Positions 1 to 12,010 are shown, counted from the stretch's first letter. The stretch: 64,000 nucleotides of DNA from Clostridia bacterium (GCA_045612845.1 JAZKZV010000023.1:71819-135818), one strand, 5' to 3'. Translations and numbers: made by a program. The notes: generated by a model not told the origin, from the letters alone.

Positions 1-214
1 TGAGATTGAAAAATATATAAATGACAGCCAAAGAGTAAACGATTTTGTGGTAGAATATGACTATTTTAGGATAAATGATTAAAATAACGTAAAAACAGGT
101 AATATATTCATTATGTTTTAGTTAAAAAGTGTATTCACAAGTGAGAAAAAATGTGGTACAATATATAATGAGTAAATTTTTTGTTATATATGGGTAGATG
201 AAAGGATTTTTGTT

Positions 215-685
215 ATGCCAAGAAACGATGAAGAAAAAAAGGGTCTTAGTCTTTTAGGAAATAAAAAAACAGTATATAAGGACACATACTGTCCTGAGGT
301 GCTCGAAACATTCATAAATAAGCACCCCGAAAATGACTATATGGTAACTTTCGATTGTCCTGAATTTACTTCGCTATGTCCTATAACGGGTCAGCCCGAT
401 TTTGCAAAGATAGTAATAAACTATATTCCGTCAGAGAAAATGGTTGAGTCTAAATCATTAAAGTTGTATCTTTTTGGTTTCAGAAATCAGGGCGATTTTC
501 ACGAGGACTGCATAAATATCATCATGAAAGACTTAAAAAAGCTTATGGACCCTAAGTATATCGAGGTAAAGGGCATATTTACGCCAAGAGGCGGAATTGC
601 AATATATCCGTTTGCAAACTATGGCAAAGCGGGAACAAAATACGAAAAAATTGCTGAGGAAAGATTATTCTCAAGTTTAAAATAA
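215..685 (+). CDS. queF: NADPH-dependent 7-cyano-7-deazaguanine reductase (preQ0 to preQ1)
   Basis: 156-aa ORF of the unimodular QueF type (Cys region [22 protein letters not shown]). First gene of a que cluster. Confidence 0.9.
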   Translation: MPRNDEEKKGLSLLGNKKTVYKDTYCPEVLETFINKHPENDYMVTFDCPEFTSLCPITGQPDFAKIVINYIPSEKMVESKSLKLYLFGFRNQGDFHEDCINIIMKDLKKLMDPKYIEVKGIFTPRGGIAIYPFANYGKAGTKYEKIAEERLFSSLK

Positions 686-705
686 ATTCTACGGAGGGGA
701 TTAAA

Positions 706-1356
706 ATGCGTAAATGTCTGGTAGTTTTAAGCGGCGGTCAGGACAGCACAACTTGTCTTTATTGGGCAATAGCTCATTACGGAAAAGAAAATGTAAGTGC
801 AGTTGGCTTCGATTATGGTCAAAGACACCTTTTAGAGCTTGACTGTGCAAAAGAAATTTGCGATGATGTTAATGTTCCCTTTGAGGTAATAAAAACACCT
901 ATAATAAACGAGTTAAGCGCAAATGCACTTACAAGAGACGACATAGAGGTTGACGAGGAAAAACCGCAAGATACGGTTCCTAATACATTTGTTGAGGGAA
1001 GAAACCTGTTGTTTTTAAGTTATGCGGCAATCTATGCAAAAACCCATGGTATAACAGATTTGGTAACAGGTGTGTGCGAAACGGATTTTTCCGGTTATCC
1101 TGATTGTCGGGATATGTTTATAAAATCACTTAATGTAACGCTCAATCTTGCGATGGACTATGATTTTGTTATTCATACACCGCTTATGTGGCTTACAAAA
1201 GCACAGGTGTGGGAGATGGCACACAAGCTTGGTGTGCTTGATGTAATAAAGAACAAGACGCTTACATGTTATAACGGAGTAAAAGGCGAGGGCTGCGGTA
1301 ATTGTCCGTCATGTAAGCTAAGAAAAAAAGGTTACGAAGAATTTTTAGAAATGTGA
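706..1356 (+). CDS. queC: 7-cyano-7-deazaguanine synthase
   Basis: PP-loop SGGQDS near the N-terminus and a C-terminal Cys cluster (CYNG...GCGNCPSC). Sits in the que cluster. Confidence 0.9.
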   Translation: MRKCLVVLSGGQDSTTCLYWAIAHYGKENVSAVGFDYGQRHLLELDCAKEICDDVNVPFEVIKTPIINELSANALTRDDIEVDEEKPQDTVPNTFVEGRNLLFLSYAAIYAKTHGITDLVTGVCETDFSGYPDCRDMFIKSLNVTLNLAMDYDFVIHTPLMWLTKAQVWEMAHKLGVLDVIKNKTLTCYNGVKGEGCGNCPSCKLRKKGYEEFLEM

Positions 1357-1367
1357 GATAAAAAGAT

Positions 1368-1700
1368 ATGTATGAGGTTAAAAAAAGACTGGAGATAAGT
1401 GCTGCACATAAGCTTGTGCTTGACTATGACTCAAAATGTACAAATCTTCATGGACATAATTGGATAATTGAGGTGTATTTAAAAAGCGACACACTCGATA
1501 AAAATGGTATGGTAATGGATTTTACCCACATAAAAAACAAAATTGTGGATAAGTTCGACCATAAAGTGATAAACGAAGTGGTGGATTTTAATCCTACCGC
1601 GGAGAATTTAGCAAAATACATTTGTGATGAGCTATCACCATACTGTTATCGTGTAGATGTGCAGGAGAGTGAAAACAACACTGCCACATATTACAAATAA
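1368..1700 (+). CDS. queD: 6-carboxy-5,6,7,8-tetrahydropterin synthase
   Basis: 110-aa PTPS-like ORF (HKL...LHGHNW). Sits between queC and queE. Confidence 0.85.
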   Translation: MYEVKKRLEISAAHKLVLDYDSKCTNLHGHNWIIEVYLKSDTLDKNGMVMDFTHIKNKIVDKFDHKVINEVVDFNPTAENLAKYICDELSPYCYRVDVQESENNTATYYK

Positions 1701-1724
1701 TATTTTAAAGGGGTGTTATAGCTT

Positions 1725-2399
1725 TTGAAGGTTGTAGAGATTTTTGACTCTGTCGAGGGTGAGGGTAAAAGAGTAGGACAAAGTGCCACCTTTATACGAT
1801 TTGCGGGTTGTAATTTAAGATGCTCGTATTGCGACACAACATATGCTCTTTTTGGTGAAGCAGAGGATTGTGTATATACTGATATGAGCGTAGAAGAAAT
1901 TCTAAAAAAAGTAAATACTGACTATAAGCGTGTAACACTAACGGGCGGTGAGCCTCTTATGCAGGAGGGTATAGATACACTTATACAAAAGCTTTGCGAT
2001 ATGGGTATTGAGGTGAATATAGAAACAAACGGTACTATAAATACTAAAAAATACTCAGACAACCCCAACGTGTTTGTTACAATAGATTACAAGCTGCCAT
2101 CAAGCTCTGAAAGTGATAAAATGGATACAAATAACTTTATCTGTCTTGATAAAAATGACGTAATAAAATTTGTTGCGGGAAATCGTGAAGATATTGATGT
2201 TATGGAAAACGTTGTGGCTAAACTAAAATGCACATATTCCCCCGATAAACTGCCTATTATGTATACGGGTGCAGTTTTTGGCGAAATAGAGCCGAGTGAG
2301 CTTGTTAATCAGATTTTAAATTCAAAGACTTTAAAAGACGTAATATTTCAGTTGCAGATTCATAAATTCATATGGAATCCAGAAGAGCGCGGAGTTTAA
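1725..2399 (+). CDS. queE: 7-carboxy-7-deazaguanine synthase (radical SAM)
   Basis: TTG start. Radical-SAM cluster motif CNLRCSYCDT and the EGEG N-terminal motif. Sits in the que cluster. Confidence 0.85.
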   Translation: MKVVEIFDSVEGEGKRVGQSATFIRFAGCNLRCSYCDTTYALFGEAEDCVYTDMSVEEILKKVNTDYKRVTLTGGEPLMQEGIDTLIQKLCDMGIEVNIETNGTINTKKYSDNPNVFVTIDYKLPSSSESDKMDTNNFICLDKNDVIKFVAGNREDIDVMENVVAKLKCTYSPDKLPIMYTGAVFGEIEPSELVNQILNSKTLKDVIFQLQIHKFIWNPEERGV

Positions 2400-2426
2400 A
2401 TATATAACTGTGGAAGGAGAATGTGG

Positions 2427-3005
2427 ATGAAAAGAGAATTCAACCACGAAAAAATTAAAGCGGCAATACGTACCATTATAACAGAATTGGGAGATGACCC
2501 TGAAAGAGAGGGGCTAAAAGAAACTCCCGAGCGTGTTGCAAAGATGTATGACGAAATATTTGAGGGTATGCGCTATACTAATGACGAAATTGCCGACATG
2601 TTTGATAAATGCTTTGAAGATGTGGAATCAGGCGATATGGTAATAGTTAAGGATATAGAGGTATTCAGTCATTGCGAGCATCATATGGCACTTATGTATA
2701 ATATGAGATGCCACGTTGCATATCTTCCCAACGGAAAGGTTATAGGTCTTTCGAAAATTGCACGTATATGCGATATGGTTGCAAAAAGATTGCAGCTTCA
2801 GGAGAGAATTGGCTCGGATATTGCGTATGTTATGCAAAAGGTATGCGATACAGACGATGTAATGGTTGTAATAGAGTGTGAGCATAGTTGTATGACAGCG
2901 CGCGGAATACGTTCACGCGGCTCAAAGACAACCACAACTGCAGTAAGAGGTAAATTCGGAACAGACTTTGAACTGAGAAACAGTGTCTATTCACAGATAA
3001 AGTAA
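2427..3005 (+). CDS. folE: GTP cyclohydrolase I
   Basis: Zinc/active-site region [10 protein letters not shown] and the PERVAKMY motif. The second ATG (2427) has better spacing from the GGAAGGAGA RBS than the ATG at 2421. Confidence 0.9.
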   Translation: MKREFNHEKIKAAIRTIITELGDDPEREGLKETPERVAKMYDEIFEGMRYTNDEIADMFDKCFEDVESGDMVIVKDIEVFSHCEHHMALMYNMRCHVAYLPNGKVIGLSKIARICDMVAKRLQLQERIGSDIAYVMQKVCDTDDVMVVIECEHSCMTARGIRSRGSKTTTTAVRGKFGTDFELRNSVYSQIK

Positions 3006-3026
3006 AATTGGAGTAATTAACAACAT

Positions 3027-3674
3027 ATGAGAATGAGAAAAAAGAAAAACTGTGGCGCAAGAATGGAGCGTTGCAGTGATATCTGGATAAAAAATCCCGA
3101 AGAAAACAAAGGTAAATGGTCATCCGTATTCGGTAATGATAATCCTATACACATAGAAATAGGTTGCGGAAAGGGTAATTTCATCCTTGGAATGGCAAAG
3201 ATGTATCCCAACATTAACTTTATAGGCATAGAAAAGGTCGAGGACGTGCTTGTTATGGCTATGGAAAAGGTAACAGACGCAGAGCTTACAAATGTTCTTT
3301 TTATGGATATGGATGCCGAGAGGATAGAAGAGTTTTTTGCTAAGGGCGAAATAGAGAGAATATATCTTAATTTCAGCGACCCATGGAAAAAGAAAAAGCA
3401 GGCAAAACGTCGTTTAACACATAAGAACTTTTTAGATAAATATAAAAATGTGCTAAACGAGGGCGACTATATATACTTTAAGACAGACAACAGACCGTTA
3501 TTTGAATTTTCACTAAACTCATTTTGTGAGGAAAATTATAAGCTTTCAAATATTTCTCTTGATTTACATAACTCAAATTTTGAGGGCAATGTAATGACAG
3601 AATACGAGGAGCGGTTCTCAAAAATGGGTATGCCTATATACCGTCTTGAGGCAAAATATATAGGCTGGAAATAA
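3027..3674 (+). CDS. trmB: tRNA (guanine-N7)-methyltransferase
   Basis: 215-aa ORF with the TrmB-type SAM fold (EIGCGKG, NFSDPWKKK). Confidence 0.85.
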   Translation: MRMRKKKNCGARMERCSDIWIKNPEENKGKWSSVFGNDNPIHIEIGCGKGNFILGMAKMYPNINFIGIEKVEDVLVMAMEKVTDAELTNVLFMDMDAERIEEFFAKGEIERIYLNFSDPWKKKKQAKRRLTHKNFLDKYKNVLNEGDYIYFKTDNRPLFEFSLNSFCEENYKLSNISLDLHNSNFEGNVMTEYEERFSKMGMPIYRLEAKYIGWK

Positions 3675-3712
3675 AAAGAAGTAATATCAGGTATTTTTTT
3701 ACTAAAAAGGTG

Positions 3713-3741
3713 TTGACAATCCTTAAATTCACTGATAAAAT
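3713..3741 (+). promoter_or_regulatory. sigma-A type promoter upstream of ilvB
   Basis: TTGACA (3713-3718), 17-nt spacer, TAAAAT (3736-3741). Confidence 0.5.
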
Positions 3742-3911
3742 AATATATTATACGATTTTTTTCGACACCATAAAAAGGTGTCGCTTCAGTGCATTTAACT
3801 ATACGTTAATGCAATATATAAAAACTGTTTATGCAGCGGTTTTATGCAGACGCCCATAAATTATATGTCTGCACAAAAACATTTTATTGTACTTGAAAGG
3901 GGGAATTTTCT

Positions 3912-5582
3912 TTGAAAATGACCGGTGCCCAAATGGTTGTAAAGACCATGGAGGAGAATGGGGTTAAGATTGTTTTTGGATACCCCGGGGCAGCAAACTG
4001 CCCTATTATAGATAAACTCTCTTTTTCTTCAATAAAGCATATTTTAACAAGAAATGAGCAAGGTGCCGCACATATGGCATCAGGATATTCGAGAGTTACA
4101 AAAGAGGTTGGTGTATGTACAGCAACTTCAGGACCCGGAGCTACAAATCTCATAACGGGTATTGCAACTGCATATATGGATTCAATTCCTATGGTTGCGC
4201 TCACAGGTCAGGTAGGCACAAAGCTTATAGGCAAGGACGCATTCCAGGAGGTTGACATAACAGGTGCAACATTGCCCATTACAAAACACAGTTATCTTGT
4301 GAGTGATGGTTTGGAAATTCCAAATGTTGTAAATGAGGCTTTTTACATAGCAAAAACCGGACGTCCGGGACCTGTTTTGATAGATTTTCCAATGGATATT
4401 CTAAAGGCGGAGTTTGACTATCCCGATGAAGCTGAGGAAATCAACATAAGAGGTTATAAGCTTGTAGGTAAAGCAAATGAGTCGCAAATCAAAAAGGTGA
4501 GCGAAGCTATAAAGAAGTCAAAATGCCCTGTTATACTTGCAGGCGGCGGAATTGTACATTCCGATGCAGTGGAGGAATTCAGAGCACTTGTTGATGCGAC
4601 AAACATACCTGTTGTTTCTACTATGATGGCAATAGGTGCTGTTCCGTCAAACGATAAGAACTATTTTGGTATGATTGGCTCGCATGGCTCAAAACGTTCA
4701 AATCTTGTTCTTAACAAGGCAGACCTTGTTATTGTAATGGGTTCAAGACTGGGCGATAGAAGTGTTGCGCATGCAAAGGGCTTTGAAAATAACAAAACAA
4801 TAGTACATATTGATATTGACCCTGCAGAAATTGGTAAAAACGTACAACCCGATATCCCTATAGTAGGTGATATAAAGGATGTTGTATCACAGCTTTTACC
4901 GCTTGTAAAGGATTATAATGTCCCTGCAGAGTGGACCAGTAAGGTAAATGAGATAAGAAACGAGTATCCGGCAGTTGTAAGAAGTGATGATTATGGTACA
5001 GTAAATCCGAAGTACTTTATGCAAAAGCTTGCTGAGCATACAAACTCTGATATATATGTTTCAACAGAGGTTGGACAAAATCAGATATGGGCAGCAAACT
5101 ACTTTAATTACACAGACCCGCGTTCGCTATTGACATCAGGTGGTTTTGGTACAATGGGTTATGGTTTGCCCGCGGCAATCGGCGCGGCAAGTATAGCTAA
5201 AAAGCCTGTTGTTGCAATAATGGGTGATGGTTCATTCCAGATGGACTTACCTGAGCTTGGTACAATGTGTCAGTGGGATATTCCCGTAAAGATGGTTGTA
5301 TTTAAAAACAATCGTTTAGGAATGGTACATGAGCATCAGTATCTGTTGTATAACTCAAACTACCAGGCTGTATATCTTGACGGAAGTCCTGACTTTAACA
5401 AGCTTGCTGAGGCTTATGGTATCCAAAACGGATATATAAGCGAAAACAGTGAAATCGAAAAGGGAATAGAGCAAATGATGAGTTCAAAAGGCTCATATCT
5501 GCTTGTTGTAAGTGTCAGCCCATATGAGCCGACAGGTGATGCCCTTAACGAAAATCTTCTTCCTAAAAAGGAGGGCGAATAA
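3912..5582 (+). CDS. ilvB: acetolactate synthase large (catalytic) subunit
   Basis: 556-aa ThDP enzyme with the GDGSFQM ThDP motif. Followed by the small subunit and ilvC. Confidence 0.85.
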   Translation: MKMTGAQMVVKTMEENGVKIVFGYPGAANCPIIDKLSFSSIKHILTRNEQGAAHMASGYSRVTKEVGVCTATSGPGATNLITGIATAYMDSIPMVALTGQVGTKLIGKDAFQEVDITGATLPITKHSYLVSDGLEIPNVVNEAFYIAKTGRPGPVLIDFPMDILKAEFDYPDEAEEINIRGYKLVGKANESQIKKVSEAIKKSKCPVILAGGGIVHSDAVEEFRALVDATNIPVVSTMMAIGAVPSNDKNYFGMIGSHGSKRSNLVLNKADLVIVMGSRLGDRSVAHAKGFENNKTIVHIDIDPAEIGKNVQPDIPIVGDIKDVVSQLLPLVKDYNVPAEWTSKVNEIRNEYPAVVRSDDYGTVNPKYFMQKLAEHTNSDIYVSTEVGQNQIWAANYFNYTDPRSLLTSGGFGTMGYGLPAAIGAASIAKKPVVAIMGDGSFQMDLPELGTMCQWDIPVKMVVFKNNRLGMVHEHQYLLYNSNYQAVYLDGSPDFNKLAEAYGIQNGYISENSEIEKGIEQMMSSKGSYLLVVSVSPYEPTGDALNENLLPKKEGE

Positions 5583-5583
5583 T

Positions 5584-6084
5584 ATGGAAAAACATACAGT
5601 TTCAGTTCTTGCCGAAAACCATGCAGGTGTTCTTTCACGAGTTGTAGGAATGTTCAGCCGCAGAGGCTTTAACATAGACTCATTATCGGTTGGTACTACA
5701 GTTGATGAGAATATATCCCGTATTACTATCGAAGTTTTGGGCGACTCGCAGGTGGTTGAGCAAGTAGGCAAACAACTTTCCAAAATTGTTGAGGTTATTA
5801 AGGTTAAGACCTTAAAGGATAACGAGATGGTTAAAAGGGGTCTTTTGCTTTGCAAGGTAAAAACAACTGCAAAAACGAGAGGCGAGATTATGGAGATAAC
5901 AAATGTCTTTCGAGCAAAGATAGTTGATATATCGCAGACCACAATAACTATTGAGATGACAGGCGGCGAGCAAAAGCTTGGAGCATTCCTTGAGATGATA
6001 AAGCCTTACGGGATTGAGGAAATTTCAAGAACAGGTATGACAGCTTTGGAGAGAGGCTCTAACATACTCAAAATTGATAAATAA
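5584..6084 (+). CDS. ilvN: acetolactate synthase small (regulatory) subunit
   Basis: Starts at MEKHTVSVLAENHAGVLSRV (ACT domain) behind an AGGAGG RBS. The longer track ORF from 5512 overlaps the ilvB end. Confidence 0.85.
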   Translation: MEKHTVSVLAENHAGVLSRVVGMFSRRGFNIDSLSVGTTVDENISRITIEVLGDSQVVEQVGKQLSKIVEVIKVKTLKDNEMVKRGLLLCKVKTTAKTRGEIMEITNVFRAKIVDISQTTITIEMTGGEQKLGAFLEMIKPYGIEEISRTGMTALERGSNILKIDK

Positions 6085-6130
6085 TTATTAAATAATTACT
6101 TATATAAATAATTTAAGAAAGAGGTAATGA

Positions 6131-7138
<1,008 letters not shown>

Positions 7139-7150
7139 TACATAATTTAA

Positions 7151-7190
7151 AAGGGCAGAAACAATTTTGTTTCTGCCCTTTATATTTTTT
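7151..7190. terminator. bidirectional intrinsic terminator between ilvC and cdaR
   Basis: 13-bp stem AAGGGCAGAAACA / TGTTTCTGCCCTT with a 4-nt loop, followed by a T-rich tract. Confidence 0.8.
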
Positions 7191-8376
7191 ACTGTAGTAC
7201 AACCTCAATATACTTATCCTCGTACGAGAAAATATTGTTGCCCTCTAATGTAATTTTTACTCTGTTATTGCCTTTGGTTGCATTTTTTAAATCTACTGTT
7301 GCACTTATGTTTGACTCTGTTACATTCTCATCACATTCCACAGTTAATGTTTGCATAGCCTCAAATTGAGCATTCATGCCTGATGGTGTGTTTAGTGCTT
7401 TTACCTGAACATTCATTGTTTTTGTTGCACGCTTTAACAATACAGACTTGATGCCTATGATAGAATTGTTATATGGTATATAAACACCAGCTATATCTGT
7501 TGTTGCTCTGTATTCTGTTGCCTGAGTTGTATCGCTTGTTATAAGCACCTCTACAAAATCAATATTTGTACCCTCGCTTACACCAATTTCTATCTGAGAT
7601 GGGGAAATTGAGCTTTCTTTACTGTCAAGAGCATAATCTTTTGATAATTCCTCCGAGAGAACTGCAACTACAGGCACTGTCTTTTTGGGGTATATTGTAT
7701 TCTTTACAACTACATCTGTTATATTCGAATATACGGAACTGATGTTGGAAACCCTATCATCATTTGAATCGCAAAAGTATATATCTTCTATAACATCGCA
7801 GTCATGAGTTATATTCGTTATGTTGATATCGGTCATTGCATATGTTATTAAATCTATTTCCTCTTTTGCTCCTTTAATTGTTATTTCGGGAGTTTTTGGC
7901 TCTGATTTTATAACATACTCCTTGTTTGCTCCGGTCTGCTTTGTGTAAAGCTTTATGGTCTTTTGTGCAAGTGATGACACCTCCACGGGGATTGTCGAGT
8001 TTATGCCTTTTTCAAGTGTAATATAAACACTTGGCATATTAACAACACCATTGAGCTTTTGTGTGCCTGTACTTGTTATGCCCGAGACATCAATATCTAT
8101 TGTTATACGGTTCATATACTCAACCAAATCGCTGCGTCGTCCGCTTATACGCACATTGTATTTTGGGATATTTTCTTTCTCCTTTATAATGAGACCGCTT
8201 TCGTTTAAAACATCTTCATTTAAAAACCTTACGGGGATGTTTTTTGCGGTTATTGTTATACTTGGGTCGTCAACATATACCGCCACAAGCCATATTGCAA
8301 TGGCAACTATAACGGAGAAGATAAGAGTTGTTATTTTACCTGTGTAAAATCGTTTTGTTTGTTTATCCTTACTCAT
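7189..8376 (-). CDS. cdaR: YbbR-domain protein, CdaA regulator-like
   Basis: N-terminal transmembrane segment followed by repeated beta-rich YbbR-like modules. Overlaps the upstream cdaA stop by 4 nt. Confidence 0.7.
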   Translation of the reverse strand: MSKDKQTKRFYTGKITTLIFSVIVAIAIWLVAVYVDDPSITITAKNIPVRFLNEDVLNESGLIIKEKENIPKYNVRISGRRSDLVEYMNRITIDIDVSGITSTGTQKLNGVVNMPSVYITLEKGINSTIPVEVSSLAQKTIKLYTKQTGANKEYVIKSEPKTPEITIKGAKEEIDLITYAMTDINITNITHDCDVIEDIYFCDSNDDRVSNISSVYSNITDVVVKNTIYPKKTVPVVAVLSEELSKDYALDSKESSISPSQIEIGVSEGTNIDFVEVLITSDTTQATEYRATTDIAGVYIPYNNSIIGIKSVLLKRATKTMNVQVKALNTPSGMNAQFEAMQTLTVECDENVTESNISATVDLKNATKGNNRVKITLEGNNIFSYEDKYIEVVLQ

Positions 8377-9242
8377 TTTTTCTCCTTTCCCTCATCATTT
8401 GATGAGTTCCAGAACTTTAGTTTAGATAGCGATGCATCGCTACTGCTTAGGTTTTTAAGCATAACCTTATTAAGTACCCTTAACAAACCCTCATATGTAA
8501 GATTTCTTGTAAGTGTGCCTCTCATAGCAATAGATATTTTGCCCGTTTCTTCCGAAACAACGACTACAACCGCGTCGGTAGTCTCGCTAAGACCTAATGC
8601 GGCACGATGTCTTGTACCAAGGTCAGGTGATATATTTGTATTTGCACTAAGAGGTAACACGCAGGCTGCGGTTATTATTTTATCACCGCGTATGATTACT
8701 GCACCATCGTGTAGGGGTGTGTTGTGTACGAATATATTTGTAAGCAGTCTGTCGGAAATATCTGCATTAAGCAATGTGCCTGTAGAAAGATATTCGCCAA
8801 GCTTTGTTTCTCTTTCCAGAACCATAAGAGCACCTGTTTTTGTTTTTGACATATTACTTGCCGCAACTGCCACTGCATTTATTGCAGTTTCCGATTGCTT
8901 TATTTTTTCATCAGCACTTGATGATATTATATTTGATAGTACATTAAAACGTCCTAAACGCTCTAACATATTTCTAAGCTCGGGTTGGAAGATAACCACA
9001 AGTGCAAACAAACCAACCTGAATTGTGCTTGTAAGTATATAATTAAGTGCAGTAAGCTTTAGCATAGAGCTTATCAGGAATACTGCGCCAATAAACAAAA
9101 GTCCCTTAAAAAGCTGCATTGCACGTGTCTCGCGTATAAGCTTTATAAGATAATATACAAGCAAGGAAACAACCACAATATCAATAAGGTCATTTATTCG
9201 TATAATCTGAATATATTTACTGAATATATCAAAAAACTGCAT
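8373..9242 (-). CDS. cdaA: diadenylate cyclase (c-di-AMP synthase)
   Basis: Three N-terminal transmembrane segments plus a DAC domain with the HDGAVII and GTRHRAALG motifs. Confidence 0.9.
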   Translation of the reverse strand: MQFFDIFSKYIQIIRINDLIDIVVVSLLVYYLIKLIRETRAMQLFKGLLFIGAVFLISSMLKLTALNYILTSTIQVGLFALVVIFQPELRNMLERLGRFNVLSNIISSSADEKIKQSETAINAVAVAASNMSKTKTGALMVLERETKLGEYLSTGTLLNADISDRLLTNIFVHNTPLHDGAVIIRGDKIITAACVLPLSANTNISPDLGTRHRAALGLSETTDAVVVVVSEETGKISIAMRGTLTRNLTYEGLLRVLNKVMLKNLSSSDASLSKLKFWNSSNDEGKEKK

Positions 9243-9263
9243 ATATAATCACCTGCTTTCTTT

Positions 9264-11006
9264 TTATATATCTGTGTACATGCTGTACATGTTGTAATAC
9301 AGACCCTTTTTTGCCATAAGCTCCTCGTGTGTGCCTCGCTCCTCAATACCATTTTCGGTAAGAACAAGTATAAGAGAAGCACTCTTTATGGTTGTAAGTC
9401 TGTGTGCTATTGTAAAGACGGTTCTTCCGTGCGCCAAGCGCTCAAGCGATTGCTGAACAAGTCTTTCGCTTTCGTTATCAAGTGCCGAGGTTGCCTCGTC
9501 AAGTATAAGGATAGGCGGATTCTTTAAGAATACTCTGGCTATTGAAATTCTTTGCTTCTGACCGCCCGAAAGCTTAACACCACGCTCACCTACATACGTA
9601 TCATATCCGTTTGGCAAGGCGCAGATAAATTCATGAGCACCCGCAAGCTTTGCTGCCTCAATAACCATGTCTCTCGATGCACCGGGAAGTCCGTAGACGA
9701 TATTTTCATAAACAGTACCCGAGAAAAGGTAAACATCCTGTTGTACCATGCCTATGTTATTTCTTAAAGAATGAAGTGTAATATCGCAGATATCGTGTCC
9801 GTCAATTAAAATTCTTCCCTCGCTCAAATTATAAAACCTGGGGATAAGATTACAAAGTGTAGTTTTACCGCTGCCTGACGGGCCAACAAGCGCAACGCTT
9901 TCGCCTTTCTTTATATCTAAATTTATATTCGATAAAACTTCAGTATCGCCATCTTCATAGTGAAAGCTTACATTTTCAAATACTATATTACCCAAAACGT
10001 CTTTAAGGTCGTATGCGTTATCTTTTTGGGTGATTTCAGGCATGGTGTCCATTATTTCAACAAAACGTTCTATACCTGTAATTCCTCTTTGGAATTGCTC
10101 TGTAAATTGCAGAATAGTTCTTACTGATGCAAAAAGTGAGCCGACATATAAAAGGTATGCGGTCATATCGGCAGCATTTATTATTTCTTTTCTCATAAAT
10201 ATACTGCCTGCAATTATAACTATTAAGTACATAAACCCCTCAAAAAATCTGTTTGAGGTGTGAAAGCCACCCATGTACAGATAGCCCTCGCGCTTTGAGG
10301 AGAAGAATTTTTTGTTACCCTCTTCGAATTTTTTGTTTTCTATATCTTCGTTTGCGAATGACTTTACAACGCGTATTCCGAGCAGTGAATCTTCGACATT
10401 TGAATTTACTTCACCAATTTGTACACGTTGCTTTTTAAAAGCATCTTTCATCTTCTTGTTGAAGAATTTAACAAAGAAAAACACCAATGGTAATGATGCA
10501 AATATAATAAGTGTAAGCACTATATTTACGTTACATAGAATAATAAACGAAACAATAAATTTTAATCCGCAGATAAAAAATTCCTCGGGACAATGATGTG
10601 CAAATTCCGTAACATCAAATAAATCGCTTGTTATTCTTGACATAAGAGTTCCGATTTTGTTGTTGGAAAAGAAAGAATACGAAAGCTTTTGAAAATGTGC
10701 AAACATATCACGTCGCATATCGGTTTCTATATTTGCACCCATAACATGCCCATTATATGCCATATAGAAGTTGGCACAGCTATCAATTATGCGTAAAATC
10801 AGATAAAAAGCACCGATTTTTAATATCAGGGATAATGTGAGTGAAGCCGGATTTGTTATGCCTATATTTGTTATATGTCTTACAATGACAGGGAAAACAA
10901 GCTCACATACAGTTGTGAGTGATGCGCAAATAAGGTCAAGCACAAGAATTGCCTTATAATCCTTAAAATATGGAATAAATCTCTTTATAAGATAGCTTAT
11001 TTTCAT
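9264..11006 (-). CDS. ABC exporter, fused permease/ATPase (MsbA/multidrug type)
   Basis: N-terminal six-helix membrane domain. Walker A GPSGSGKTT, signature LSGGQKQR, Walker B ILILDEATS. Confidence 0.85.
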   Translation of the reverse strand: MKISYLIKRFIPYFKDYKAILVLDLICASLTTVCELVFPVIVRHITNIGITNPASLTLSLILKIGAFYLILRIIDSCANFYMAYNGHVMGANIETDMRRDMFAHFQKLSYSFFSNNKIGTLMSRITSDLFDVTEFAHHCPEEFFICGLKFIVSFIILCNVNIVLTLIIFASLPLVFFFVKFFNKKMKDAFKKQRVQIGEVNSNVEDSLLGIRVVKSFANEDIENKKFEEGNKKFFSSKREGYLYMGGFHTSNRFFEGFMYLIVIIAGSIFMRKEIINAADMTAYLLYVGSLFASVRTILQFTEQFQRGITGIERFVEIMDTMPEITQKDNAYDLKDVLGNIVFENVSFHYEDGDTEVLSNINLDIKKGESVALVGPSGSGKTTLCNLIPRFYNLSEGRILIDGHDICDITLHSLRNNIGMVQQDVYLFSGTVYENIVYGLPGASRDMVIEAAKLAGAHEFICALPNGYDTYVGERGVKLSGGQKQRISIARVFLKNPPILILDEATSALDNESERLVQQSLERLAHGRTVFTIAHRLTTIKSASLILVLTENGIEERGTHEELMAKKGLYYNMYSMYTDI

Positions 11007-11083
11007 GGCATTTCCCCCAATGTAATTATTATATATTAAATCAAATTAAATGTCAATGTTTTCAAATGGTTAAAGTAAAAAAA

Positions 11084-12010
11084 TCACATATGAAAATGTA
11101 TAGTATTATCAGACACAAACTCTTTACCGTTAAGGTATTCCAGTATGGAGCCATCTGTGATAAAATCAAATTTTAATTTATAGCTGTGAAGTTGATGATA
11201 CGAGTTTTTTATCGTTTTAGCTCCGTATTTTACATCACCTAAAAGGGGATAGCCTATATGTGATAAATGAGCACGTATCTGGTGTGTTCTGCCTGTAAAA
11301 AGTTCAACCTCTAAAATTGAATATCCGTCCTTTTTCGCTATTACACGATACCCTGTTTTTATTGGCTTTGAATTCGGTGTCGGATAATCAGTTACAATAA
11401 CATGCTTATCCTTTCTTTCGAGGTATGCGCTCAAAATATCTTCTTTTGGAGGGTTACCCTCCACAGCGCACATATAGTATTTGTGTATTTCGCGGTTTTT
11501 GATTTTTTCGTTAATTATGCGGAGTGCTGAGGACGTTTTTGCGGCAATTATAAGACCGCTTGTGTTTTTATCGAGTCGGTTGCATAATGATGGGGTAAAG
11601 GAATGCTCATCAGACGGGACATATTCGCCCTTTTGTATAAGATAATTGTGTATGCGGTTTATAAGAGTATCGCTATCTCTGCTTTCATCTGAGTGCACAA
11701 CAAGACCTGCCTCTTTGTCGGCAATAATAATATTTTCGTCTTCATAAACAATACACGGTGATGGGAGAGAGGTAATGGATATATTGACCTTTTTATCTTT
11801 TGGGAAAAATTCGTCATTCATATAAAGACGAAGAACATCACCATCTTTTAACATATATGCTCCGTCTGTTATATGCTTGTTGTTAACACGTACACACTTT
11901 TTTCTGAGACTTTTATACAGCATTGATGTGGGGAGTGATGGCATATATTTTGCAAGAAATTTATCTAATCTCTGCCCTGCATCATTTTTGTTTATAGTAA
12001 GCTCTCTCAT
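11084..12010 (-). CDS. RluA-family 23S rRNA pseudouridine synthase (RluD-like)
   Basis: N-terminal S4-like region plus the catalytic motif NRLDKNTSGL and THQIRAHL. Confidence 0.85.
   Translation of the reverse strand: MRELTINKNDAGQRLDKFLAKYMPSLPTSMLYKSLRKKCVRVNNKHITDGAYMLKDGDVLRLYMNDEFFPKDKKVNISITSLPSPCIVYEDENIIIADKEAGLVVHSDESRDSDTLINRIHNYLIQKGEYVPSDEHSFTPSLCNRLDKNTSGLIIAAKTSSALRIINEKIKNREIHKYYMCAVEGNPPKEDILSAYLERKDKHVIVTDYPTPNSKPIKTGYRVIAKKDGYSILEVELFTGRTHQIRAHLSHIGYPLLGDVKYGAKTIKNSYHQLHSYKLKFDFITDGSILEYLNGKEFVSDNTIHFHM

Noticed and set aside
1-214. preQ1 riboswitch upstream of queF
   Set aside because: A que operon often has one. Between the candidate promoter (TGGTACAAT near 155-163) and the ATG I could not find the short hairpin plus the A-rich ...AAAAAACTA tail typical of preQ1-I, on either strand. 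A covariance-model scan would settle it.
3675-3911. T-box leader or branched-chain leader peptide for ilvB
   Set aside because: There is no T-box consensus sequence, and the only short ORF lacks Ile/Leu/Val runs. Reported only as an unexplained structured leader.
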